NCBI GenBank assembly: GCA_035623825.1
Contig: DASPSR010000062.1
Location: 64,001 to 128,000, forward strand
Reading direction: 5' to 3'
Source of the DNA: Nitrospirota bacterium
Lineage (GTDB): Bacteria > Nitrospirota > UBA9217
DNA: 64,000 bases
Under the pieces are notes generated by a model. It searched no databases and was not told the origin of the DNA. It saw only the letters and a list, made by a program, of their open reading frames with translations. Of this stretch, positions 51,929-62,239 are shown one piece after another. The translations under genes and the position numbers were made by a program. The stretch's first letter is position 1. Each line of letters opens with the position of its first letter.

Positions 51929-53334
51929 AAATACTGGTCATAGATGATAGCGAAGCCGTACGAGCAACGCTCCGGGACATCCTCGTCTCCGCAGGATACG
52001 ACGTGGAGGTCGCGGAGGACGGAGAAGACGGGCTCGCAAAGGCGAAAGCCCAGCGCCCGTCGCTCGTGATCACGGATGTACTCATGCCCGGCTTGGACGG
52101 ATTTCAGTTCCTGAGGAAGGTCAAGGGAGATGCTGCCCTGAGGGATGTCCCCGTGATATTCTATACCGGCAGCTATCTCGACCAGAAGGATCAGGAGCTT
52201 GCGCGCAGGATCGGCGTGTCGAGATATATGATCAAGCCTGTCAAAGCCCCTGAAATCATCCGGACCGTGAAGGAAGTGCTGTCGGAAGGACAGCAAGGCC
52301 ATCTGTCCGGCACATCCCCCTTGCCCTTGGAGGAGCCCGTATTCCTGAAGGTCTATAACGAGCGGCTTGTGGGCAAACTGAAGAGCACGATCCAGGAAAA
52401 TGAGCGAGCGCGGCTGTTCCTTGAGTGCATCATGGAAGGGATGGGGGACGGCGTTATTGTCATTGCCCGGGATTATACGATCCTCGATACAAATGTGGCG
52501 GCCGCCGCCTCGCTCGGCGTGGAAAAGTCGGACATGCTTGGGCGAAAATGCTTCGAGGTGACACACCGGAGGCAGGCACACTGTGAGGGCATGGAGATCG
52601 TTTGCCCTCACACCCAGATATTCGAGCGCGACGAGAAGATCGTGAAAGTGCTTCATACCCATTACGACGCAAACGGAGACGAACGTCAGGTCGAGATCAC
52701 CGCATCTCCGGTCAAGAACCGTTATGGCGAGATATTTGCCATGGTAGAGACCCACCGTGATATCATGGAAAAGAAATCAGACGATGAGCTCGTGAAGCTC
52801 ATCAAGCGGCTCAACGAGACGCGGACGCATCTGAAACAGGCGGCTATCACCGACGATCTGACGGGCCTCCGTAACCGGCGGTACATCGTGGAGCGCCTCG
52901 AAGAGGAATTTCTGCGCGCAAAACGCACCGGCAGGCCACTCAGTCTCATCATGCTCGACATCGATAACTTCAAGAAGATTAACGATCTCAACGGTCACCC
53001 CTTTGGTGATCTCGTCCTCCAGATCGTTTCCGTGCGGATGAAAGAGGCCCTCCGGAAGCACGACCTTATCGGCAGGGTAGGCGGTGAGGAATTCCTCGTC
53101 GTCTGCCCTGAATCGACCCTTGATGACGCCGCCGTGGTTGCGGAGAGGATCCGGAAGATCATCCATCGCGAAGTCATCAGCGATGGGGTGAGGAAGGCTG
53201 TAGTCGCCTTGAGCGCAGGGGTGACAATGCTCAGAGATGACGATAAGAGTTCGGACAAGTTCTTTTCCCGGGCCGACACCGCGCTTTACAAGGCGAAAGA
53301 ACAGGGGAGGAACCAGGTTGCCGTGCTACCATGA
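51925..53334 (+). CDS. REC-PAS-GGDEF diguanylate cyclase
   Basis: Intact REC (ITDVLMP), PAS with CxxxH...C motif, RKHD I-site, GGEEF. Confidence 0.93.
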   Translation: MKILVIDDSEAVRATLRDILVSAGYDVEVAEDGEDGLAKAKAQRPSLVITDVLMPGLDGFQFLRKVKGDAALRDVPVIFYTGSYLDQKDQELARRIGVSRYMIKPVKAPEIIRTVKEVLSEGQQGHLSGTSPLPLEEPVFLKVYNERLVGKLKSTIQENERARLFLECIMEGMGDGVIVIARDYTILDTNVAAAASLGVEKSDMLGRKCFEVTHRRQAHCEGMEIVCPHTQIFERDEKIVKVLHTHYDANGDERQVEITASPVKNRYGEIFAMVETHRDIMEKKSDDELVKLIKRLNETRTHLKQAAITDDLTGLRNRRYIVERLEEEFLRAKRTGRPLSLIMLDIDNFKKINDLNGHPFGDLVLQIVSVRMKEALRKHDLIGRVGGEEFLVVCPESTLDDAAVVAERIRKIIHREVISDGVRKAVVALSAGVTMLRDDDKSSDKFFSRADTALYKAKEQGRNQVAVLP

Positions 53335-54780
53335 ATACGTGACCTCCGCCTCGAGCTGATCGTTTCGGGAGTACTTTCCAAAGAGGGACTGCGGCGGTCC
53401 GGTGAAAGCCACTGCAGTGATCCCCGCTTTCCAGAAATCCGAAAGAACATAGAAAACATTCTCTTTTGCCATATGGTCCCCGTGCTCCGGATTGTAGCCG
53501 ATGTTTATGTTCGTCTCGATTTTCTGGTTCATCAAGCCCACCCTGAGGTTCGCCCAAATGAGGGTTTCAACGCTCCTCTCGTACAGTTTATCGACATTTC
53601 CGAAGATCACCGTCTGCTGGACCTGCAAGGTCAAAAGACCGTCCTCGAAAAGCCGGTAATCCGCTCCGATGCCGTAGTCCACTGTATCGTGCTTCTCCTC
53701 GATGGGATTCAGGGGATAGATGCCCGGCGCGGGAACTGTCGGATACCCCCAGAGCTCTTGGCTTATGTTGAGATATCTATTGAAGGTGTACGCTGCTTCC
53801 GCACGCAGGCTCCAGTCACCAGTAACCGCAGCCGCGTCGAATCCGGCTGCCGTTATCCTGTGAAAGTCGGGGACATATCCCGGGTTGATGATTATTTGCC
53901 CCCCTGAGGGGATAATACTGAACGACGTGGTCTTGAACACCGGCCGCGGATCGTAGCCGTGAAAAAGGTCAAGCGCCCACTCGATGTCGCCTGCATGCCG
54001 GATACGCAGGCCGACATTACTATTCTCGATTGTACGTCCTGGCAGAACAGGTTCCTGAGGCACGATTTCCGAGTTTGGTATCATGCTGGCGAGTGTTGCA
54101 ACCATCGAGATACCCGCCCATCGTTCGTCCGGCATGGGAAGCCGGTAGGGTACGAGGACTGGCACCCAGACAGCCTCATAGGTCCAGTCACCATGGTTCA
54201 GAGTTGCGGACAACGAAGGGACGCCGATCTTCCGGTCCTCGAGGGGTTTGCCGAGGAACTGTGTGTAATCCCATGGATTCAAGAGGTCGTTCGGCGGAAA
54301 TTCATCCAGCCTCCCCCAGGCAAAACGTTGGAAACCAGCCCTGAGAATAAGGTTGCCTGATGTGCGAGTTGCGAAAAGTTCCTTAAGCTCAAGATAAGGC
54401 GTGTTGCTCTGGTACACTTGGTAGTAGTTCTTGAACAGCTTCTCGTCACGCGGGGGCCGCTTTACGCTTCCGTCCCACCCGCCCTCGAGCCATGAATGAA
54501 AGCTCCAGGCATCTGGCGGTGTGTCGATCTTGATACGTCCCGTCAGGCTCGGGTCTTCCTTCACACTGTCATCATCGAAAGCATACACACCGCGCAAATC
54601 CATCTTGCCAGTGACGGAGACAGGCCCGTCTGCGGAGGAATGGGGGGGTGAGGACAGATAACACGCAAGCGCCGGGACAATGAAGATCAGCTTGAGGTTC
54701 CAGCGTTTCCCCTTTCTTGAAGGGGGAAAAAGGGGGATTCGGCTTGGAAGTTTTTCGATGATTTCTCTGCCCTTATTCAT
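53326..54780 (-). CDS. DUF1302-like outer membrane beta-barrel protein
   Basis: GFQRFAWG..D...NDLLNP; ends in W; last gene of the LolA-like operon. Confidence 0.75.
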   Translation of the reverse strand: MNKGREIIEKLPSRIPLFPPSRKGKRWNLKLIFIVPALACYLSSPPHSSADGPVSVTGKMDLRGVYAFDDDSVKEDPSLTGRIKIDTPPDAWSFHSWLEGGWDGSVKRPPRDEKLFKNYYQVYQSNTPYLELKELFATRTSGNLILRAGFQRFAWGRLDEFPPNDLLNPWDYTQFLGKPLEDRKIGVPSLSATLNHGDWTYEAVWVPVLVPYRLPMPDERWAGISMVATLASMIPNSEIVPQEPVLPGRTIENSNVGLRIRHAGDIEWALDLFHGYDPRPVFKTTSFSIIPSGGQIIINPGYVPDFHRITAAGFDAAAVTGDWSLRAEAAYTFNRYLNISQELWGYPTVPAPGIYPLNPIEEKHDTVDYGIGADYRLFEDGLLTLQVQQTVIFGNVDKLYERSVETLIWANLRVGLMNQKIETNINIGYNPEHGDHMAKENVFYVLSDFWKAGITAVAFTGPPQSLFGKYSRNDQLEAEVTYSW

Positions 54781-54807
54781 CCGTACCTGACTATGGCCGA
54801 ACCTCTA

Positions 54808-55587
54808 TCATTTGCCCGCCCGCTCAAGCGATTGCTGTGAGAAGAGGTCGTCTGGAAAATGCGTATGGTACTGGATGCTCTCGATCGTGAGCTCGGTTCG
54901 ATGTGCCGTCTTTTTGTTCTCCATGTAGAGTTTGAACGGCGTGGGGATCCCGTCGATGATGCGGATATCCGTGAACACCCCGGTACGGTAAAGCTCTTTT
55001 TCCTGATAATAATCGATCTTGAGATGGATCCAGAGATCTTTCGCCACCCAGGCGATGTAGTGCGTGTATTTCCTGTGCATCTTGGGAGTCACCTCGACCA
55101 CATAGCATGGCTTGCCGTCGACTTCATCTTCTCTGATGATGCTGAACCGGTAATCATCGAGGTTGGGGGGGCCGCCGAAGTCATCGTACGAGAAATCAGA
55201 GCCGAAGAAGGAGTCATCCTGTGAGCCCGTAGGGATGCGCCTGACGCGCTTGTACTCGGGGAAATAAGCCCAGAGATCCCGGCTGGCAAAGGTATGAGCA
55301 TGGATCAGGAACCCGACGTTCTTTAGGTCGGGCGGGCTTTTGAACACAACGAGCACCTTGTACGCCTCGGGATCGGCCTTCTTGCTGTATTCTGTAAGGG
55401 TCCTTGTCCGCTTACCGCCCCCCTTGTCAAACAGGATCATCGTGGCTTCGGTCCTCCGGTCGAGAGCCTTGGAACGCACCTCGTGGACCTTCTCGTAAAC
55501 GTCACGACCGCTCATTGCATGTGCATCGGGAAGAAACATGAATGACAGGATTATAACGGGAAACAAGAATCCAAGGCGGGAGAACAT
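54808..55587 (-). CDS. Outer membrane lipoprotein-sorting (LolA-like) protein
   Basis: GGAGG RBS; signal peptide; RVRRI...SFFGSDFSYDD. Confidence 0.88.
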   Translation of the reverse strand: MFSRLGFLFPVIILSFMFLPDAHAMSGRDVYEKVHEVRSKALDRRTEATMILFDKGGGKRTRTLTEYSKKADPEAYKVLVVFKSPPDLKNVGFLIHAHTFASRDLWAYFPEYKRVRRIPTGSQDDSFFGSDFSYDDFGGPPNLDDYRFSIIREDEVDGKPCYVVEVTPKMHRKYTHYIAWVAKDLWIHLKIDYYQEKELYRTGVFTDIRIIDGIPTPFKLYMENKKTAHRTELTIESIQYHTHFPDDLFSQQSLERAGK

Positions 55588-55717
55588 GATTGAGCCTCCA
55601 GCGCTCAAAGGAAGCGGAGATTTTTGGAGAGCATTAATAAATGAGCTCAGTATTTTCACGGCGATCTTCGCGCTTTCGCGGCAACGCGGTGCGCTTCTCA
55701 TGACTGTCAATCCCTGA

Positions 55718-58309
55718 TTATTCATATGCAAGGGCTTCCACCATATTGGTCTTTGCCGCGCGCCGGGCAGGGTAGATCCCAGCCAGGGCGGCGAGCAGCG
55801 CCGCGAGCCCCACGGCCCAGAAGATCGAAGCGTAATTGACGTGGTACTGCATGCTCGCCCCGTAGTCAACCTTCAGGAATCCCTCGAGGCTCATCCATCC
55901 GATGATGATCCCCGCGCATGCGCCGAGAGCTCCGCCTATGATGCCGAGGAGAATTGACTCGATCACGACCACGTGCGAGACCTGGCGCCGGAGCATGCCG
56001 ATGGACCGGAGGATCCCGATCTCGCGCGTCCGCTCGAGCACCGACGCGAGCAGTGTCACGATGATGCCGAGGCAGGCGATCAGCAGGGTGATGATGTTGA
56101 CCGCATTGTTGACGGCAAATCCCTGGTCGATGACCTTGCGGATCTCGTTCTTGAAATCCCTGGCCGGGAGCACGAACAACTTGCGATCGGCTCCAAACCT
56201 CCTGGCGATCTCATCGCGCACGGTATCGACATTTTCCTTCGATTTCACCCGAACAGAGAAGGAATCGGCGAGAAATTCCTTCCAATACCTCCGGTAGGTA
56301 TTGACATCCATGAGGATGGAGCCTGAGTCGGAGCTGTAGTCTACGTTGATGACCGCTATCTTGAATTCAACGGGTCCCTCCGGTGTCGGGAGAAGGATCG
56401 AGTCACCCGGCTTGACGTGCTCCTGAGCGGCGAGCGCTTCGTTCATGGCGACATAGTTCTGGTTCGGAAGCATTCGTAAAAGGTCCCCGCGGGTCCCCTG
56501 AGCCACCATGAAGGGGCTGTACTGCATCCTGCGCGGGATGTCCAGGACCAGGAGAAGAATGCGGCGGCCGTGGTAATCCACATATATCTTCCGGAATGGG
56601 TCTGCCGAGAGGACGCCCGGGACCTTTTCGATCTCTTTCCACATGTCGGCGGGCATTGGGATGTTCTGCGCACCGGTGGTTGCGATGGGATGACCGGATG
56701 TCACGATGATGTCCCCGCGGACGTACGAGTTTATCCAGTCGAGCACCGACTGCTTCGTGCTGTATATTATCCCGGCAGAGCTCACAAAGACCGAGATGCC
56801 GAAGAATATGGCTGCCGCCGCCACGGCGTTGCGCCCGATGTTTTTCTGGAGGTTGAGGCCTGCCAGTCTACCGGCCGCGCCTACGCGCGGTGCGACCATG
56901 CGTCGGAACAGCGCGAGAAATCCCTGGAGAACGGACGGCGTTGCGAGCGATATGCCGAGGAGCAAAGATATTGTCGCTGCGAACATGCTCGTCGTGGAAT
57001 GCAGATAGGGAGACGATTCTGCAATTTTATACAGGCCCAGAACCGTCGCCGAGAGGGATATCAGGGCCAAGGACGCCGCCTTGAGCGTGCCTCCCGAGAG
57101 GAACCCCTCTTCGGAATAGGGTACGGAACGGATGGCCGATACCGGCGTTATCCGCGTGCTCGTGATAGCCGGGAAGAGAGCGGCTACCAGACTCGCTGCG
57201 ATGCCCGTGACAAACCCGACCACGATGTTCATCCCGGAGATGGCGACCTCAGTGACCGTTGTCCTCAGGTACAGTTCGGATACGGCTTGTCCCACCACGC
57301 CTATTGCCGACCGGGCAAAGAAAATGCCTACTCCGACACCGAACGCCGAGCCCAGTATCGCGGTCACGAAGGTCTCTCCGAGGAAGAGGGTGAGGATCTG
57401 GCTTCGCTTGGCGCCGAGGGCGCGCAAGATGCCGATCTCTCTTCTTCGCTGCACCACGGATATGGAGACGGCATTATAGATGAGGTACATGCCTACGAAC
57501 ACGGCGATGAAGCTAATGAGGTTGATGTTCTTCTGGAAACGGGAGATGAGCATCTCGACCTGCTTGGTCCTTCCTGCGGGCGTTTCGACGCTGTACCCTT
57601 CGGGGATCGACGTCTTGATGCGGCCCCGGACCGTCTCGAGATCGGTACCATGGATGATACTGACGTCTATGCGGTCAATGCGCCCTTCCTTGCCGAAGGC
57701 CATCTGTGCCGCGGGTAAGTCCATGATGGCGATATTTCCGCCCATGGCTTTGGCCGGGCCTTCCGGGTTCAGTAGGCCGCGCACCCGGAAGGTCTGAATA
57801 CCCTGCACAGTCTGGACCTTGATCTTCTGGTCGATTGTTATGCCTTCGCGTTCAGCAAGGGCGCGGGTAACGAGAATGGAGTCCGGCCGTGCGAGGAACA
57901 GGAGCGGATCGGGGATATCGGCGCTCTCCTCGGAGAGCTTGTACTCCCGGATGTTGCTGTCCTGGAGCACGTCGACGCCGAGGATCATGAGCGAAGGCTC
58001 TTTCGCTCCGGTGAGGATGCCCTGCGTGTCTATCACCGGGACCGCGTATTCCACGCCTGGCACGGCCTGAACGCGTTCGATGATGCCTTCGGGAAACCCT
58101 GAAGCCGGACCGGTGATCTGGAGCGCGGCCCTGCCGGTCACGCGATTGATCGAATCTTCAAAGGACCGCGTGACGCTCTTGTTCACGATGCCGATGGAAA
58201 TGATGGCCGCCACGCCGAGGCAGATGCCGACAACCGTCATGATCGCATGGACTTTCTGCAGTTTTACGCGCCTGAGGCTGATATAACGGAGCAGATTCCT
58301 GATGTTCAT
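55718..58309 (-). CDS. FtsX-like ABC permease with duplicated domains
   Basis: Two MacB_PCD/FtsX halves; REIGILRALGA and REIGILRSIG. Confidence 0.92.
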   Translation of the reverse strand: MNIRNLLRYISLRRVKLQKVHAIMTVVGICLGVAAIISIGIVNKSVTRSFEDSINRVTGRAALQITGPASGFPEGIIERVQAVPGVEYAVPVIDTQGILTGAKEPSLMILGVDVLQDSNIREYKLSEESADIPDPLLFLARPDSILVTRALAEREGITIDQKIKVQTVQGIQTFRVRGLLNPEGPAKAMGGNIAIMDLPAAQMAFGKEGRIDRIDVSIIHGTDLETVRGRIKTSIPEGYSVETPAGRTKQVEMLISRFQKNINLISFIAVFVGMYLIYNAVSISVVQRRREIGILRALGAKRSQILTLFLGETFVTAILGSAFGVGVGIFFARSAIGVVGQAVSELYLRTTVTEVAISGMNIVVGFVTGIAASLVAALFPAITSTRITPVSAIRSVPYSEEGFLSGGTLKAASLALISLSATVLGLYKIAESSPYLHSTTSMFAATISLLLGISLATPSVLQGFLALFRRMVAPRVGAAGRLAGLNLQKNIGRNAVAAAAIFFGISVFVSSAGIIYSTKQSVLDWINSYVRGDIIVTSGHPIATTGAQNIPMPADMWKEIEKVPGVLSADPFRKIYVDYHGRRILLLVLDIPRRMQYSPFMVAQGTRGDLLRMLPNQNYVAMNEALAAQEHVKPGDSILLPTPEGPVEFKIAVINVDYSSDSGSILMDVNTYRRYWKEFLADSFSVRVKSKENVDTVRDEIARRFGADRKLFVLPARDFKNEIRKVIDQGFAVNNAVNIITLLIACLGIIVTLLASVLERTREIGILRSIGMLRRQVSHVVVIESILLGIIGGALGACAGIIIGWMSLEGFLKVDYGASMQYHVNYASIFWAVGLAALLAALAGIYPARRAAKTNMVEALAYE

Positions 58310-58995
58310 GATGCTTCACCCCGTAAAGCAGTGTCTTCGGATATGCTCCCGTCCCTGAGCGTGATGATCCTCGTGCCGTAAGCAGCGGCTTTCGAATCGT
58401 GGGTCACCATCACGATCGTTTGGCCCTCGGCGTGCAGGCCCTTGAGCAGGAGCAATATATCCGAGCTCGTTCTTGAGTCGAGGTTGCCGGTCGGTTCATC
58501 CGCAAGCAGCACGGCCGGGCCTGCGATGAGCGCACGCGCGATCGCCACCCGCTGCATCTCTCCGCCCGAGAGCTGATCGGGACGGTGCTCGGTCCTCTCT
58601 CCCAATCCCACCTTGTGCAGGAGCGCTTCTGCCTTCGCTTTCACTTTTGGATAGGGGGTGCCTTCGAGCAGGAGAGGGAGACTCACGTTCTCGGCTGCGG
58701 TGAGGATGGGCAGGAGGTTGAAGAACTGGAAAATGAACCCCACATGTCTGCGCCGTATGAGCGTGAGCTCGTCATCGGAGATTCCATGGAGCGGCCGGTC
58801 GTCGATGAATATTTCTCCCGAAGTCGGCTGGTCCAGGCCGCCCATGATGTTGAGGAGCGTGCTCTTGCCTGAGCCGCTCGGCCCCATCACGCAGAGGAAC
58901 TCACCGGTCTTGATGCTGAGCGTAATGCAACGCAGGGCCTGGATCCCTTTTGTCCCCCGCGTATACATCCTGCTGACGTTCCTCAGCTCTATCAT
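58306..58995 (-). CDS. ABC transporter ATPase, LolD/MacB type
   Basis: GPSGSGKS, LSGGEMQR, DEPTGNLD. Confidence 0.95.
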   Translation of the reverse strand: MIELRNVSRMYTRGTKGIQALRCITLSIKTGEFLCVMGPSGSGKSTLLNIMGGLDQPTSGEIFIDDRPLHGISDDELTLIRRRHVGFIFQFFNLLPILTAAENVSLPLLLEGTPYPKVKAKAEALLHKVGLGERTEHRPDQLSGGEMQRVAIARALIAGPAVLLADEPTGNLDSRTSSDILLLLKGLHAEGQTIVMVTHDSKAAAYGTRIITLRDGSISEDTALRGEAS

Positions 58996-59192
58996 GTGTC
59001 GCCTCAATCTTATTTTAGTCGCACGGCTGATTGTTGTAAAGTCATTTATATGCCATAATGACAATGTAGGCCTCAAATCTGTTTTTACAAAAAACCGATT
59101 TTATGCTATAACACCTGTGCCCGGTTGTATTGTCATTTACGGCAGACAGCCCCTCTCTATGCAGGGGTGATCCGTTTAACAGGAGGAACCAC

Positions 59193-59768
59193 ATGAAAGT
59201 CATAGCATTCAACGGCAGCGCCCGAAAGGAAGGGAACACGTCCATTCTCCTGAACATGGTTTGCGATGAATTGAAAGCGGAGGGGATCGAGACCGAGATA
59301 TACGCGCTGGCGGGAAAGCCGATCCAGGGATGCATCGCATGCTACAAATGTTTTGAGAACAAGAACAAGAGGTGTGCCGTTGAAAAGGACATCCTCAACG
59401 AGTGCATCCAGAAGATGATCGAAGCTGACGGCATCCTTCTCGGTTCTCCCACCTATTTCGCGGATGTATCCGCCGGCATGAAGGCATTGATCGAGCGGTG
59501 CGGCATGGTGTCGAGGGCGAACGGGGATATGCTCAAGCGCAAGGTGGGGGCGGGCGTTGTCGCGGTGCGGCGTGCCGGAGCCATGCACGTATTTAGTTCC
59601 CTCAACTCGTTCTTTCTCATCAGCCAGATGATCATCCCGGGATCAAGTTATTGGAATCTTGCAATCGGGAGGCAGCCAGGTGAGGTGAACAATGACGTCG
59701 AGGGCGTGCAGACCATGAAGAACCTGGGGAAGAACATAGCGTGGCTGCTGAAAAAGATCAATGGCTGA
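59193..59768 (+). CDS. Iron-sulfur flavoprotein (flavodoxin family)
   Basis: NGSARKEGNT, CIACYKC...C, GSPTYF. Confidence 0.92.
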   Translation: MKVIAFNGSARKEGNTSILLNMVCDELKAEGIETEIYALAGKPIQGCIACYKCFENKNKRCAVEKDILNECIQKMIEADGILLGSPTYFADVSAGMKALIERCGMVSRANGDMLKRKVGAGVVAVRRAGAMHVFSSLNSFFLISQMIIPGSSYWNLAIGRQPGEVNNDVEGVQTMKNLGKNIAWLLKKING

Positions 59769-59944
59769 CGAGAAAAGACCATGCAACGAACCCGGACGGA
59801 ACCGTCCGGGCGTGCGGATCGAACGCGTGCCGCCAGCTCGGGGATGGTACCATGGTTACCACCTGCCTCACAGGTAATGCCCGTGAATGGCCTCTTTTCG
59901 GCACCCTCGTGCAATCAGGGAGGCTGGAGACCGGCGTAGTCACA

Positions 59945-59977
59945 AAAAAAGGTTAGCATACAATGCTAACCCTTTTT
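59945..59977. terminator. Bidirectional terminator hairpin
   Basis: AAAAAAGGTTAGCAT-ACA-ATGCTAACCCTTTTT. Confidence 0.75.
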
Positions 59978-60385
59978 CGTTTTCTCCATTTGCCATGCGG
60001 CAAGTGAGAGGCATCGGGTGAAAATGAATCACAACAAAACGTCCTTATCCATGCTGCTCGATGCTTCCCACCTCAAATGCATCAGTCCGAACAATGCGGG
60101 CAACCTCCGTTGCACCGTATACAGAATGAACGACTGCAGGGAAGGTATGCTCCACCTTCGTTCTCTCGATTAAGCAAGTGATCACGTGATTGATCATACG
60201 CATAGAGTATCCGGTCTCCCCAAATTTGCCAACCTGGTATTGTCCTCATCGTTACCTCCTCCTAATTGGTAATGGTGAAGCTCATGCCTGATATTCGTCC
60301 ATTCCGTGACTCCCTACATTTATGTTAGTCACAGCCTTGACATATGTCCAATATATTGATAATATCGTGTCAATATTTATCAAAT

Positions 60386-61282
60386 ATGGAACTACGACAT
60401 CTCAAATACTTTGTTGCAGTGGCTGAGGAACTTCATTATGGGAGGGCTGCCAGAAAGCTTAATATCGCACAGCCGCCACTGAGCCAGCAGATCATGAATC
60501 TGGAAGAGGAGCTCGGGATAAAGCTTTTTGACAGGTCCAAGCGAAACATTCAGATGACCGCTGCCGGCAGTCATTTTCTTAAAGAGGCCAAGCAGGTCCT
60601 TTTGCAGGTCGAACAGGCCGCTGAAACAGCCAGAATGATTTACGGCGGGAAGGCCGGGCGTCTGGTAGTAGGGTTTGTGGGCTCAGTGATCCATACTTTT
60701 TTGCCCGAAGGGCTGCGATTGTTCCGTGAACGCTTCCCGAAGGTAGAAATGGTACTGCATGAGATGAATACCGCGGAACAGATAGCGTCGCTTCATGCAA
60801 AACGCATTGATGTCGGATTCCTCTATATCGGTGCTCAAGACCGCGCGCTCGCGTTCAAGACGCTCACGATGGCGCCTTTGCTGGCGGTATTGCATAACAA
60901 TCACCCTCTTTCGGGCCGCAAGTCGGTTCATATCAGACAACTGGCCCACGAACCTTTCATTGCAAACACACGCTCCTCTGAGCCCGTTGTCCGTGATGCA
61001 TTTATCAGCCTGTGTCATTCTGCCGGATTCAGCCCGACAATATCTCAGGAAGCGGGGCAGGTGCAAACAGTGTTGGGTCTCGTAGCTTCCGGAATGGGAG
61101 CCTGCCTCCTCCCTGATTTTATAAAAAATATCAGACGGCCGGGAGTGCAGTATGTCCCCTTGTCAGGATCACCTCCGGAGGTGGAACTTGCCGTTGTCTG
61201 GCGCAGAGATAATGCTTCCGTCCTTGTAGATTCGTTTGTAAATGTGATTGAGTCTTATTCGTATTTCGACTGGGAGCGTTGA
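60386..61282 (+). CDS. LysR-family transcriptional regulator
   Basis: MELRHLKYFVAVAEELHYGRAA...QPPLSQQI. Confidence 0.96.
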   Translation: MELRHLKYFVAVAEELHYGRAARKLNIAQPPLSQQIMNLEEELGIKLFDRSKRNIQMTAAGSHFLKEAKQVLLQVEQAAETARMIYGGKAGRLVVGFVGSVIHTFLPEGLRLFRERFPKVEMVLHEMNTAEQIASLHAKRIDVGFLYIGAQDRALAFKTLTMAPLLAVLHNNHPLSGRKSVHIRQLAHEPFIANTRSSEPVVRDAFISLCHSAGFSPTISQEAGQVQTVLGLVASGMGACLLPDFIKNIRRPGVQYVPLSGSPPEVELAVVWRRDNASVLVDSFVNVIESYSYFDWER

Positions 61283-61489
61283 AAGCTCTTTTTCCGATGA
61301 CCCTGCGCGCCAGATGTCACCTTTCACCGCCTCATGTGCTGTCGATTTTCGTATCGATCGTAATAGCGTAACGTGAAAGCTCCGCACCATTGCGGGACAT
61401 ATCTGTTTCTACGGAACGGCCTCCGTATCGTTGGACTTCTTTGAATGACGCAAGAGGGTCGTGCCGGGTTGGCCGAATAAAGAAAGTTC

Positions 61490-61519
61490 TTGACAGAAAC
61501 GCACTGGTTGGGGTATTGT
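61490..61519 (+). promoter_or_regulatory. Sigma70 promoter for the pyr operon
   Basis: TTGACA-18-TATTGT. Confidence 0.65.
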
Positions 61520-61536
61520 TGAACCGTCACAGCAAT

Positions 61537-61571
61537 CCTCTTTAAGTCTGGTCCGGAGAGGCCAGGAAGGG
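61537..61571 (+). promoter_or_regulatory. PyrR-binding RNA (anti-antiterminator)
   Basis: CTTTAAGTCTGGTCCGGAGAGGCCAGGAAGG matches the UUUAA / RUCCNGNGAGGY consensus. Confidence 0.88.
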
Positions 61572-61621
61572 CAAGAAATGAAAAAGCATAACAGCGGGAT
61601 AACGCTCCGTATACAAAAGCG

Positions 61622-61655
61622 AACCTTCTCCCCAGACAGGGGAGAAGGTTTTTTT
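61622..61655 (+). terminator. pyr attenuator terminator
   Basis: AACCTTCTCCCC-AGACA-GGGGAGAAGGTT plus T run. Confidence 0.9.
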
Positions 61656-61693
61656 GTGTCTTTTTTCAATGCATTTCGGGTTCGGGAGCAGAG

Positions 61694-62239
61694 ATGACGG
61701 GCCTTAAAGAAAAAGCACTGATCCTTGATAACGCCGGCATTGACCGGGCGATGACGAGAATCGCACACGAGATCCTGGAAAAGAACAAGGGCGCAAAGGA
61801 CATCGTCCTCGTCGGCATCCAGCGCGGTGGCGTACACCTTGCCAAACGGCTTGCCATCAAGATTAGGGAAATCGAAGGATTGGAACCGCCGGTCGGAAGT
61901 CTGGATATCACCATGTACCGGGATGATCTGACAACCCGCAAGTCCCAGCCGGTGCCTCAGGTAACGGACATCACCTTTGATATCCAGGGCAAGATCATGG
62001 TTCTGGTGGACGACGTTATCTATACCGGCAGAACCATCCGGGCGGCGCTTAACAGTGTCATGGACTATGGCAGGCCGCAGCGCATTCAACTCGCGGTACT
62101 CGTAGACCGCGGGCATCGGGAACTCCCGATCCGCGCCGACTATGTGGGAAAGAATCTCCCAACGTCGGCTAAGGAGAAGGTGGAAGTGATGCTCGCTGAA
62201 GACGGTATGGAAGAGAAGGTAGTGATCCTGGGAGAATGA
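61694..62239 (+). CDS. pyrR: Pyrimidine attenuation regulator / UPRTase
   Basis: [28 protein letters not shown]. Confidence 0.96.
   Translation: MTGLKEKALILDNAGIDRAMTRIAHEILEKNKGAKDIVLVGIQRGGVHLAKRLAIKIREIEGLEPPVGSLDITMYRDDLTTRKSQPVPQVTDITFDIQGKIMVLVDDVIYTGRTIRAALNSVMDYGRPQRIQLAVLVDRGHRELPIRADYVGKNLPTSAKEKVEVMLAEDGMEEKVVILGE

Noticed and set aside
52960-53100. GGDEF protein as the Hypr-type cGAMP synthase for the riboswitch
   Set aside because: It keeps Asp in GHPFGD (PleD D344 equivalent); Hypr enzymes have Ser there
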